Part shown: positions 46,588 to 55,634 of the stretch, piece after piece
How positions within the stretch are numbered: position 1 is the first letter of the stretch
How the letters are laid out: each line of letters begins with the position of its first letter
DNA from: a virus
Lineage: Duplodnaviria; Caudoviricetes
DNA length: 64,000 bases
Strand: one strand, 5' to 3'
IMG/VR virus record: IMGVR_UViG_3300027769_000023
Location: 22,920-86,919 of that record
Position numbers and translations under genes: made by a program
Notes under the pieces: model-generated
The model's input: only the letters and a program-made list of their open reading frames with translations
Databases searched by the model: none
Told to the model about the DNA's origin: nothing

Positions 46588-47259
46588 ATGGATGAAATGT
46601 TAGAAGAACTAAGACATGATTTTAAGATCTGGAGTAATTCACCAGATAAATCTTTCTTGTATATCAATGAAAGATCTCGTGTTTTTTCAAGATGGCTTTC
46701 CTATCAAGAAGGAATTAATGGGATGCATCATTCAATAATCCAGCCAATAAATCTTTATTCTAAAAAACTGTATCCAGCACCAGAGTTAATAAGCATTAAT
46801 AATAATGAGATAGTATTACAGCAAAGGAATCATGCAGAGTTTTTTCTTTTAATAGAAGACGGAGAGTTCTATAATGTTGATAGGCCATGGGTAAGGCAGT
46901 ATTATCGCTCTGACGAGCCCCACAAGGCTCCTGAAGGGTGCTTTGATGGCAACTATAGGTTCTACATCTCTTGGTTAATAAACGCAGATGTCTCTGTTCA
47001 AATAGAGCAAGCAGAAGATTCTCCATTCTTTATTTATCCAAAAGAAGTCCACTTTAAATCTCTTGATCCAGACATAACAATATTTGACCCGCCAATGGTT
47101 GACTTCAATTTTAAGAGCATTGGAAGTCATATGATTGATGAAGAGTTTGGAAAGATACCAAGACTACAGCCAATGTTCAATATGCGATTTCAGGCAGATG
47201 ATATAATGGTAGAGAGAGTAAAGGAATTCTATGAGCGTAATAAGGTTTTATCCGTTTAA
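46588..47259 (+). CDS. Hypothetical protein, divergent paralog of the next two genes
   Basis: YRFYISW..SPF...GKIPRLQPMFNMRF loosely matches their C-terminal pattern. Confidence 0.5.
   Translation: MDEMLEELRHDFKIWSNSPDKSFLYINERSRVFSRWLSYQEGINGMHHSIIQPINLYSKKLYPAPELISINNNEIVLQQRNHAEFFLLIEDGEFYNVDRPWVRQYYRSDEPHKAPEGCFDGNYRFYISWLINADVSVQIEQAEDSPFFIYPKEVHFKSLDPDITIFDPPMVDFNFKSIGSHMIDEEFGKIPRLQPMFNMRFQADDIMVERVKEFYERNKVLSV
47199..47207 (+). promoter_or_regulatory. Extended -10 promoter (TGaTATAAT) embedded in CDS
   Basis: Upstream of AAGGA RBS and ATG 47231. Confidence 0.5.
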
Positions 47260-47956
47260 CGAGGGAACAAAGTCATTTGCAAACCCTCCACAACCAGCAT
47301 CAAGAATGATACCAGAGTGGTACAAGAAACAACCAGCATCTGTTGGTGATGACAAAGACTTTTACCCAAAGGGTGGATTAAACTCAACAGTAAAAAGATG
47401 CATGCCAGTTTTTGATATGATAACTGCAGGATACATGATTACATTCCCAATGGATATATATGTTGATGCCACAAACCCAGAAAAAATTGAGTGGAGCGTT
47501 CCAATGCCATTGAAAAATTTTGGTAGTGATATGGTTGCAACACACACGCCAGAGCAGGTTTCAAATTATCCTGTAGACACGGCTAGATATCATAAAAATG
47601 TTTTCAGAATTCTTCCATTTTGGTCAGTAGAAACAGATCCTGGATACAGCACTTTATTCCTACACCCAATGCATAGAGATGACCTTCCATTTAAATCATT
47701 TGAAGCATTTGTTGACACAGATGGATTTATTTCTGATGGGCACCTATCTATGTTTATTAAGAAAGATTTTAAAGGAGTTATTAAGCAGGGCACTCCTCTT
47801 GTTCAAGTTATTCCAATCAAGCGTGAGGACTGGTCTATGGAACTTGTAGATGCTGATATTTCAAATGCAAAGTTAAAAGCACAAAGATTATCTATTAGAA
47901 GCATGTTTAAGCATTCATACAAAGAAAAGTTTAGGTCTAGAAAAGAATATAAGTAA
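47231..47956 (+). CDS. DUF6065-like protein (dUTPase-like beta fold suspected)
   Basis: IPEWYK, CMP..D..TAGY, TDPGYS.L..HP, GTPLVQVIPIKREDW. Confidence 0.55.
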   Translation: MSVIRFYPFNEGTKSFANPPQPASRMIPEWYKKQPASVGDDKDFYPKGGLNSTVKRCMPVFDMITAGYMITFPMDIYVDATNPEKIEWSVPMPLKNFGSDMVATHTPEQVSNYPVDTARYHKNVFRILPFWSVETDPGYSTLFLHPMHRDDLPFKSFEAFVDTDGFISDGHLSMFIKKDFKGVIKQGTPLVQVIPIKREDWSMELVDADISNAKLKAQRLSIRSMFKHSYKEKFRSRKEYK

Positions 47957-48708
47957 TGGAAGAACCCCTAAAGATTTCTTTTTCTCCTGCCTTTGTTAAT
48001 TATAGTGGCAAACTTAATGCACCAGAGCCAGCAGTCAAGCATGTTCCAGAGTGGTATAAAAGTTTAGCAAAGCACGATGTATGGAATGATGACAAGCATC
48101 TCAAACCAGTAAATCACATTGGTGGAGATGGAGCAAGAGTTGCAACAAAAATGTGTATGCCATTCTTAGATTCTCTTACTTCTGGATACCTTTATTTATT
48201 AGAAGATGATCTTATTGTTGAATTAGCAGAAGACGGAAGGCCAACTCTGTCTTGGGCTAGTGATGTTATGATCATAGATAAAAGGCCAACAATAGAACTT
48301 CCAGTACCAGATAACTGCCATCCAATTCACTATGGTTGGAGAATGAACTGGTACTATGAAACACCACCAGGATACTCAGTTCTAATCACACACCCAATGA
48401 ACAGATACGATCTTCCATTTTATACAATGTCTGGAATCGTTGAGTCTGATATATGGGGATTGCCTGTATTTACTGCATTCTTTTTAAAGCGTGGATTTCA
48501 AGGGGTAATACCAAAGGGTACTCCAATTTTTCAAATCATACCATTTAAAAGAGATAACTGGGAACTAGAGATAGACAAAACACAAAATAAAATGGACGAA
48601 CACGAGTTTAAGGCAGAAAACAGAAGATCTCTTTTGTATGGCTACTATAAAAAGACTGCATGGAGAAAAAAAATATTTGGAACTAAGGGTGTAAAATCAG
48701 ATGGATAA
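47956..48708 (+). CDS. DUF6065-like protein, paralog
   Basis: VPEWYK, CMPFLDSLTSGY, TPPGYSVLITHP, GTPIFQIIPFKRDNW. Confidence 0.55.
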   Translation: MEEPLKISFSPAFVNYSGKLNAPEPAVKHVPEWYKSLAKHDVWNDDKHLKPVNHIGGDGARVATKMCMPFLDSLTSGYLYLLEDDLIVELAEDGRPTLSWASDVMIIDKRPTIELPVPDNCHPIHYGWRMNWYYETPPGYSVLITHPMNRYDLPFYTMSGIVESDIWGLPVFTAFFLKRGFQGVIPKGTPIFQIIPFKRDNWELEIDKTQNKMDEHEFKAENRRSLLYGYYKKTAWRKKIFGTKGVKSDG

Positions 48709-49570
48709 ACCAATTGTTCATGCAATATTTTATGGCTACAAGAATAAGTTTTTAAAAGAGTCTGTCCTTTCATTAATAAACAATGCATCAGATAATATAA
48801 ACTTAAAGATTACAGTATACGATCAGAACCCCCTGATTAGAGATGAGTTTTTTAATAGTATCAAAGAGTGTACATACATACATGTCTATTGGGATTACAT
48901 TGTTAGCCCTATGGCACACATCAATAGTGGGCTTGGCTTACATGAGTCAGACTATACTCTCATATCATATGGCAGATTTGAAATGAAAAAGGACTGGGAT
49001 ATACCATTAATTAAAATTACAGAAGATTCAAACTCTATAGTTTCTGGACAAAACCAAACATTCTTAAGACAAAGAAATCTTTTTTATATTGAAAGAGGGT
49101 TTGGGCCAACAACTGATTTTTCTATATCAAACTATATAGATAAAGATTTTATGTTTGCAAAGTCTTCTTTGATTAATAGACTTCGTTTTCCAGACTACCT
49201 AAAACATGAGGGGGTAGATGAACTTATGTCATTATCCTATTTTACATCTGGTATAAAAATATATTCTGCTCCAACTGGATTCTACAAAGTATTAGGACCA
49301 GACACAATTGAATCAACGTACACTACATTTTCAAAAAGCCATGGGTACAATGAGTTTATTAGGCTGGCAAAAACTGGTAAAAATAAACATATCAATATAC
49401 GTAATAGAGAAAAAACTATCGAGGAGTTCGAAAACTTCCACAAAATTAGTTTTGAAGTATTAAGAGAACTTCCATTTCCCATTGACGATGTAGAGTACAA
49501 GCCCCACGAAATGCCATTTGACGATGTAGATCAGAAAAAGTTTATGACAAAGGTAAACTATATTGCCTAG
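48701..49570 (+). CDS. Divergent GT-A glycosyltransferase-like protein lacking the DxH motif
   Basis: Aligns by eye with 55624/56522 (NASDNINL, DYTLISYGRFEMKKDWD, HEGVDELMSLSYFTSG). Confidence 0.5.
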   Translation: MDKPIVHAIFYGYKNKFLKESVLSLINNASDNINLKITVYDQNPLIRDEFFNSIKECTYIHVYWDYIVSPMAHINSGLGLHESDYTLISYGRFEMKKDWDIPLIKITEDSNSIVSGQNQTFLRQRNLFYIERGFGPTTDFSISNYIDKDFMFAKSSLINRLRFPDYLKHEGVDELMSLSYFTSGIKIYSAPTGFYKVLGPDTIESTYTTFSKSHGYNEFIRLAKTGKNKHINIRNREKTIEEFENFHKISFEVLRELPFPIDDVEYKPHEMPFDDVDQKKFMTKVNYIA

Positions 49571-49579
49571 TGGTATAAT
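49571..49579 (+). promoter_or_regulatory. Extended -10 promoter (TGgTATAAT)
   Basis: Upstream of AAGGAGG RBS and ATG 49595. Confidence 0.6.
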
Positions 49580-49594
49580 TAATAAGGAGGAAAA

Positions 49595-50194
49595 ATGCAT
49601 AGAATAACAGTAGTTGAAGATTTCATTACCCCAGAGGATGCTGCGGTATTGATTCAAGAACAGAATAATCCATCAGAAATAAACCCATATCCAGAATACT
49701 ATAAGGAAAGGTATGGAGGAACCTCTTTGCCGTACAACAAAAGAGTAATGGATATAATGATTAAGTATGGGAACAAGTCTAATGACATGCACAAACAACT
49801 ACATGGTTTTGTAAATCCAATCTATGTCTTTAAAGGTTTTGGATCACACTGGGTAACAGGTACAAAAGGTGGCCTACATATAGATGCTCAAGGCCCAGAG
49901 CCATTCATTGAGTTTAGCACAATCATGTACCTAAATGAAGAGCCAGATTATACTGGTGGTAAGATTTATTTTCCAAACCAAGATTTTTCTTATCAACCAA
50001 AAAAATATTCTGCAGTGTTTTTTCCAGGAGCAGGTTCAGAGTACATACACGGTATCACAACGGTAACCAGTGGGCATAGATATACTGCACTGTATATGCA
50101 CACATCTCTTCCTGAGCATGCAGATCCAGACTTTCTTGGAAACGATAAAAATCCACAATGGGAAGCGATGAGGTATCCACTTGCAAAACTTTGA
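49595..50194 (+). CDS. Prolyl-4-hydroxylase-type 2OG-Fe(II) oxygenase
   Basis: HID...STIMYLN..YTGGKIYF...FP....HGITTVTSGHRY. Confidence 0.85.
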   Translation: MHRITVVEDFITPEDAAVLIQEQNNPSEINPYPEYYKERYGGTSLPYNKRVMDIMIKYGNKSNDMHKQLHGFVNPIYVFKGFGSHWVTGTKGGLHIDAQGPEPFIEFSTIMYLNEEPDYTGGKIYFPNQDFSYQPKKYSAVFFPGAGSEYIHGITTVTSGHRYTALYMHTSLPEHADPDFLGNDKNPQWEAMRYPLAKL

Positions 50195-50849
50195 TTATGA
50201 AATTCTAGATCTTGGAATGGTTTACTATAAAAACATTATTCAAGATCCAGCACAACTTATTGTTGATATTGAAAACTTAGATAAGAAGTATCATGAGTCG
50301 CAAGACACAGGGAAAACTCTTGTTAAGCCTTGGACACCATGGATTAATGATAGTGCTGGTACTAAAGAAATATTTTGTTGGCAAAAGTTTATTCCTCAGG
50401 TTCAGCATATAGATAAGGGTGATCCTTTCTTTGACGAACAACTGAACATTTCTTCTCAATTGTTTGGTGCTCTTGAAGGAACTCTTCAACATTACTCTAC
50501 ACAGATATATCCATTTGCAGAAAAAAATATTAAATCAAGAGAGCGCCAGATGCACCTTTTAAGATATGATAAATCTGGATACCTTCCAGCACATCAGGAT
50601 CAGGGTGTAAGTACACGTGTGCTGTCTGTTCTTCTATACTTAAATGATGATTACGAGGGCGGAGAGATTACATTTAGAAACTCAAAGATTACATTTAAAC
50701 CAAAACCAGGAAGCGTTCTTTTCTTTCCCTCTAACTTCTTGTATGTACATGAGGTTGCTCCAATCACAAAAGGACCACGTTATGCGTTGCCTAATTGGTA
50801 TCACAACGTTCCAGAAAGTGTTAGTAGAAACTCAACTGGACAAGAGTAA
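50181..50849 (+). CDS. Prolyl-4-hydroxylase-type 2OG-Fe(II) oxygenase
   Basis: LLRY...HQD...SVLLYLNDDYEGGEITF...FFPS...HEVAPITKGPRY. Confidence 0.88.
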   Translation: MQNFDYEILDLGMVYYKNIIQDPAQLIVDIENLDKKYHESQDTGKTLVKPWTPWINDSAGTKEIFCWQKFIPQVQHIDKGDPFFDEQLNISSQLFGALEGTLQHYSTQIYPFAEKNIKSRERQMHLLRYDKSGYLPAHQDQGVSTRVLSVLLYLNDDYEGGEITFRNSKITFKPKPGSVLFFPSNFLYVHEVAPITKGPRYALPNWYHNVPESVSRNSTGQE

Positions 50850-51715
50850 TGAAAAGAAGTAACGCTGTTGATGATGATGGTATTTACATAAACAGAAAAA
50901 GTATTGGTAGGCAGTACCTTTTTAATGCTAATCTAGATTTTTTTCGTCAAGAGGCCAGCCCATTTGATGCCCACAGTGTTGACTACAAACTGAATGCCCA
51001 TGGACTTAGGTCTGAGGAGTTTTCACTAAATCATTCTGGTATGCACATTCTTTTTGCAGGATGCTCTAATACCTATGGATTAGGCACAGATTTAGAGAAT
51101 TTGTGGGCCAAAAAGGTATACAATAAAATTAAAGAAACACAGGAAGTATCAACATATAATAACATTGGCTTTAACGCTGGATCTATAATAGAAATAGTTT
51201 TTCATATATTTAGATATATAGAAAGGTTTGGCAACCCAGATGTAATATTTGTTCTTTTGCCAGAAAGAGATAGAGATGATGAGTTCTTCTTTGATGAGCA
51301 TGAAGTTAAATATTCTGATTCTTTCAATCTGTCAATTTATCATGCTTTAGAGGTATTTTGTAGATCAAACAACATTAAATTAATATCATCTACATGGGTA
51401 TTTAATTATACAAACCTTTGGGGCTCATTTTCTAAAATGATTCGTTCTGATACTCCAACACCACAAAAAATACTTCTTGCCCCAAAAATAAGAAATGAAA
51501 ATACCATGTTTGATGATTATTCAAAATACTTTAAAACTTTTAAATATTTTGATAAAGACAAGATAATGAAAGATTTGTATGAATACTCTATGCAAAATCC
51601 TGAAGATGAAAATATATATGTTGCAAAAGATGAAGGAAGGCATTTTGGTAATGCATTTCATTATGCATGGTCAAATCAATTACATGAGAGGTTTTTAAAT
51701 GAAAAAAATAATTAA
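50849..51715 (+). CDS. SGNH-fold protein (GCS variant), paralog C
   Basis: NAHGLRSEEF, LFAGCSNTYG, PDVIF, DEGRH. Confidence 0.7.
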   Translation: MKRSNAVDDDGIYINRKSIGRQYLFNANLDFFRQEASPFDAHSVDYKLNAHGLRSEEFSLNHSGMHILFAGCSNTYGLGTDLENLWAKKVYNKIKETQEVSTYNNIGFNAGSIIEIVFHIFRYIERFGNPDVIFVLLPERDRDDEFFFDEHEVKYSDSFNLSIYHALEVFCRSNNIKLISSTWVFNYTNLWGSFSKMIRSDTPTPQKILLAPKIRNENTMFDDYSKYFKTFKYFDKDKIMKDLYEYSMQNPEDENIYVAKDEGRHFGNAFHYAWSNQLHERFLNEKNN

Positions 51716-51785
51716 AAAAATTAAGTTCTGGCTTTGGATCAGAAAAAATAAAAAGCATCTTAAGCCAAGGGATTTTATTTACTAA
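51699..51785 (+). CDS. 28-aa basic amphipathic peptide (not in track)
   Basis: MKKIIKKIKFWLWIRKNKKHLKPRDFIY; fills the gap exactly between paralogs C and D. Confidence 0.45.
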   Translation: MKKIIKKIKFWLWIRKNKKHLKPRDFIY

Positions 51786-51786
51786 A

Positions 51787-52491
51787 ATGACTCCACCAAT
51801 CTGGATTGAGAATAGCCAAGAGGTTCAGCCTAAATTTAAAAATATGGGAACCTTTAAGGAGGATAAGCCAAACGGCGACGGCCTCAATCTACTTTTTTCT
51901 GGATGCTCTATAACGGCAAATGTTGGACTGAAGGATTGTCCAAATGGAGGATGGTCCTCATATTTATTTGAAAAAATTAAAAAAGAGTTGAAGGTCTCAT
52001 CGGTAAATAATTGTTCAATTTCTGGAGCATCAACATTTGAGATTATTAGCAATGTTCTTAGGTTTTTAAATCTTAAGAATAAGCCAGATATAGTCTTTTT
52101 ACTTCTTCCACCAGTTCAAAGAGAAATGAGTGTATATGCAAAAGAGATAGAGGCAGCAAGAGTTTTGGACTACAACATGTTTTCAATCCTAAATAACTAT
52201 TGCAAAAAAAACAATATAGTCTTAATTGCAACAACTTGGGATTTTTATATTGAAGGAGTAACATCTTGGTTTGTTAGTGATGGCAACAAGTTACAGACCA
52301 TGAACCTATTTAAAGAGTTTGACTCATTCTTTGTTGTAGATATAGATCAATTCAAAGATGATGTATTTGAATTTTCTATGTATGGCAGCCTTTCTTTAGA
52401 GGGGGCAGACTCACATCCATCAGAGGTTATACATATGGCATATGCAAAAATGTTTTATGAAGAGTGGAAAAAAATAAATGAAACAATTTGA
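51787..52491 (+). CDS. SGNH-fold protein (GCS variant), paralog D
   Basis: LFSGCSITAN, NNCSISGAS, PDIVF, DSHP. Confidence 0.7.
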   Translation: MTPPIWIENSQEVQPKFKNMGTFKEDKPNGDGLNLLFSGCSITANVGLKDCPNGGWSSYLFEKIKKELKVSSVNNCSISGASTFEIISNVLRFLNLKNKPDIVFLLLPPVQREMSVYAKEIEAARVLDYNMFSILNNYCKKNNIVLIATTWDFYIEGVTSWFVSDGNKLQTMNLFKEFDSFFVVDIDQFKDDVFEFSMYGSLSLEGADSHPSEVIHMAYAKMFYEEWKKINETI

Positions 52492-53314
52492 CAACTTAAC
52501 AGTGGATAAGGGTGAGCCACTATTTCCAAGCATCAACAACGGGTTTTTTGAAGAGGGATTAATACCAGTACATAAAAAGTGGATAGCAAATGATACATTA
52601 TTTGTGCGTTCATATGGGGATTTAGATAAGAATGATTTCAATGTAAATAGCAAAAACTATAGATCTGATGAGTTTACCAGTTCTCACTCTGGCCTTCATA
52701 TTCTTTTTGGTGGATGCTCTCATACCCTTGGAGTTGGTTTAGCAGATAACGAACGATGGTCTCAAATTCTTTATAATAAGATTAAACTAGGTTCCTCTTC
52801 TTCTGGCTACTTTAATATTGCAAGATCTGGTAGCAGCATAAAGGGTTCAATTATTAATATGTTTAAGTATATTGAAGAATATGGAAAGCCTGATGTAATA
52901 TTTTTTGGAGTACCAGAAATAAATAGGTCGATAACATTCTTAACTAATAGCAAGGCATACCTAGATGTTACATATGAAAATGATGAGAAGGGGTTGGATA
53001 ATGCAGACTTGTATTTTGACTCATATCATTACTATAGGATGTTGGAGTTGTTTTGTAAGTTTGTAGGAATAAGATTAATATCATTTAATTCTGATATTCA
53101 GGCTCCAGATGAGTTTGGTGCTAAGTCAAACTTTAATAATTTTGATACCTACTATGATCTAGGAAGGAAGGATGCTGTAGACTATATGTATGAGTATTCA
53201 AAAAACAACAAAGGAAGTTTTGACATGAAAGCAAGAGACTCACTACACTATGGAGTTGCCGTAAACTTTTTTATTGCAGAACGACTATATGAAATCTATG
53301 AGGTAAAGATGTGA
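52478..53314 (+). CDS. SGNH-fold protein (GCS variant), paralog E
   Basis: NSKNYRSDEF, LFGGCSHTLG, FNIARSG, RDSLHY. Confidence 0.7.
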   Translation: MKQFDNLTVDKGEPLFPSINNGFFEEGLIPVHKKWIANDTLFVRSYGDLDKNDFNVNSKNYRSDEFTSSHSGLHILFGGCSHTLGVGLADNERWSQILYNKIKLGSSSSGYFNIARSGSSIKGSIINMFKYIEEYGKPDVIFFGVPEINRSITFLTNSKAYLDVTYENDEKGLDNADLYFDSYHYYRMLELFCKFVGIRLISFNSDIQAPDEFGAKSNFNNFDTYYDLGRKDAVDYMYEYSKNNKGSFDMKARDSLHYGVAVNFFIAERLYEIYEVKM

Positions 53315-54744
53315 TAATCCTTGGAATAAATGAAACAACACACGATGCATCCGTTTCTTTAATTAAAGACGGGGAGATATTGTTTGCTGGTCATGCAGAA
53401 AGATATAGTAAACAAAAAAATGATTGGTTTACAAATAAAGAACTGATCAAGGATGCTTTACAGTATGGATATCCAGACAAAGTGGCATACTATGAAAAGC
53501 CATTACTTAAAAAACTTAGAGTAAAAACTCGTGGAGGTTTTGGTGGAGATAAACCCTGGTTTGAATCTACTGAACTTGGAGACTTACCAAGAAAAAACTT
53601 TGGTCACCACTACTCTCATGCAGCAGCAGGATACTACACAAGCGCATTTAATGATGCCTGTATTGTAGTGTTAGATGCAATTGGTGAGTTTAATACATCT
53701 TCTATTTGGATTGGTGAGGGCGACAAGATAAGATTAAAGTATAAACAAAACTACCCAGTAAGTTTTGGTCTGTTCTATTCTGCTTTTACACAACTCATTG
53801 GACTAATGCCAAACCAAGAAGAATATATTATGATGGGCATGGCAGCATATGGAGACTGGAAAAGATATTATAAAGAGGTTGATGAGTATTTTCCATCATA
53901 TTCAAAACAAAAGTATAACTTTCACAAAGGAATTAATGACTGGGGCATGGTAATTACTGAGCAAGATAGGTTTGATATTGCTGCAGCAGTTCAAGTTGTT
54001 TACCAGCAAAGACTAAATGATTTTATGCATATGGCCTATTCAGTTACTGGTAAAAAGAATTTAGTTTTTATGGGTGGTTGTGCGCTTAACTCATCAGCAA
54101 ATACACTGTTGTGGAATATTTTTGATATGATTTGGATTATGCCAAACCCAGGAGATGCTGGATCATCTTTAGGTGCAGCAGCAGCCCTGTACGGAAAGCA
54201 CCTTGATTGGAAGACTCCTTATCTTGGTTATGATCTTGGAGGAGAGTACCCCGTTCAGCAAATTGTGGACGGTATATTAAAAGATGGAATCGTGGCAGTA
54301 GCAACAGGAAGAGCAGAGTACGGTCCAAGAGCCTTAGGCAATAGAAGTATCCTTGCAGATCCAAGAGATCCAAATATTAAAGACAAGGTTAATAGAATTA
54401 AACAAAGAGAACTCTTTAGACCATTTGCACCAGTTATTCTTGAAGAGTGTGCATCAAAATGGTTTGATATGGATTTTACAAGTCCTTATATGCAGTACAC
54501 AGTTAAGTGTCTTCAGCCAGAAAGAATTCCTTCAGTTGTGCATGCAGATGGAACATCAAGAGTGCAAACTGTTAATAAAAAAGATCATCGTGGTCTTTGG
54601 AGGGCAGTAAATAAGTTTTATTTAGAAACTGGTGTTCCCGTTCTTCTAAACACCAGCCTAAACATAAAAGGACAACCACTACTTAATGATGAAAACGATG
54701 TTATTGCGTGGGAAAACGAATATAAGGTAAAGATTATACGATGA
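53311..54744 (+). CDS. O-carbamoyltransferase (NodU/CmcH/TobZ family)
   Basis: HDAS...ERY, HHYSHAA, GGCALN, GDAGSSLG, EYGPRALGNRS, RPFAP, HADGTSRVQ, LLNTSLN. Confidence 0.93.
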   Translation: MIILGINETTHDASVSLIKDGEILFAGHAERYSKQKNDWFTNKELIKDALQYGYPDKVAYYEKPLLKKLRVKTRGGFGGDKPWFESTELGDLPRKNFGHHYSHAAAGYYTSAFNDACIVVLDAIGEFNTSSIWIGEGDKIRLKYKQNYPVSFGLFYSAFTQLIGLMPNQEEYIMMGMAAYGDWKRYYKEVDEYFPSYSKQKYNFHKGINDWGMVITEQDRFDIAAAVQVVYQQRLNDFMHMAYSVTGKKNLVFMGGCALNSSANTLLWNIFDMIWIMPNPGDAGSSLGAAAALYGKHLDWKTPYLGYDLGGEYPVQQIVDGILKDGIVAVATGRAEYGPRALGNRSILADPRDPNIKDKVNRIKQRELFRPFAPVILEECASKWFDMDFTSPYMQYTVKCLQPERIPSVVHADGTSRVQTVNKKDHRGLWRAVNKFYLETGVPVLLNTSLNIKGQPLLNDENDVIAWENEYKVKIIR

Positions 54745-55634
54745 TTATCTCTAATAATCCAATGAACATTGTTATTAATAAAAGAACAGTGGCAGAAGGT
54801 ATATACACACAGGACTATCCGTTAAAAAAAATACAAAAGGCTGGGTTTGATGGAATAGAAACTACTGGATCTTTGAGTGATGGTTTAGTAGAATATTTTT
54901 CTAAATATAACTCATACGGATGGCGCTGCGATGAGTTTATAAAAGATCATGGTGGCAAGACTCATATCCTTTTTGCTGGTTGCTCAGAAGCATTAGGAGA
55001 GGGTGCTGTGGTAGAAGACTCGTGGCCTCACATGCTATATACGATGATCTCTAAAAACTTAGATGCCTCTGGTTTTTTTTGTTTAGGTGTTGCAGGGATG
55101 GGATGGATAGATATATTTTCAGTTATTGATCAGTACATAGAAGAGTTTGGATCACCAGACTATATCTTCCTAAATATGCCAAACTCTCAAAGATATCTAT
55201 CGTATATGGAAGACCACCTTGACTATGGACTAGAAAAAAGTGGTGTATATAGATACACTGTCACAGATAAAAAAGAAAAATTTGCAAATGATTCAGTAAA
55301 TGTAATTGCAGAAACAAACTTTGTACCAAGTGATATCAGTCAGATATCTTTTGATAGTTATATAAGGCTGTTTGAAAAGTTTTGTGAACTAAAAAACATT
55401 AAACTTTTTTGGGGCTCATGGGATAGCCGTGTTGAATTAATCAATAGCAGAGTTACGAATAGATCAAAGTACTTGGTTCAACTTTTTGCTAGCCGTTCTG
55501 ACCTATGGCGTGTTAAAAATATTAATAAAGATCTAGAACTTTCTAAACCAGATGGACATCAGGGAACAGCATTTCATTATGCTTGGTCAGAAAAACTATA
55601 CAATGCCTACAGAGAGAGAAAAAATGACAAATAG
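54741..55634 (+). CDS. SGNH-fold protein (GCS variant), paralog F
   Basis: NSYGWRCDEF, LFAGCSEALG, PDYIF, PDGHQG. Confidence 0.7.
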   Translation: MIISNNPMNIVINKRTVAEGIYTQDYPLKKIQKAGFDGIETTGSLSDGLVEYFSKYNSYGWRCDEFIKDHGGKTHILFAGCSEALGEGAVVEDSWPHMLYTMISKNLDASGFFCLGVAGMGWIDIFSVIDQYIEEFGSPDYIFLNMPNSQRYLSYMEDHLDYGLEKSGVYRYTVTDKKEKFANDSVNVIAETNFVPSDISQISFDSYIRLFEKFCELKNIKLFWGSWDSRVELINSRVTNRSKYLVQLFASRSDLWRVKNINKDLELSKPDGHQGTAFHYAWSEKLYNAYRERKNDK

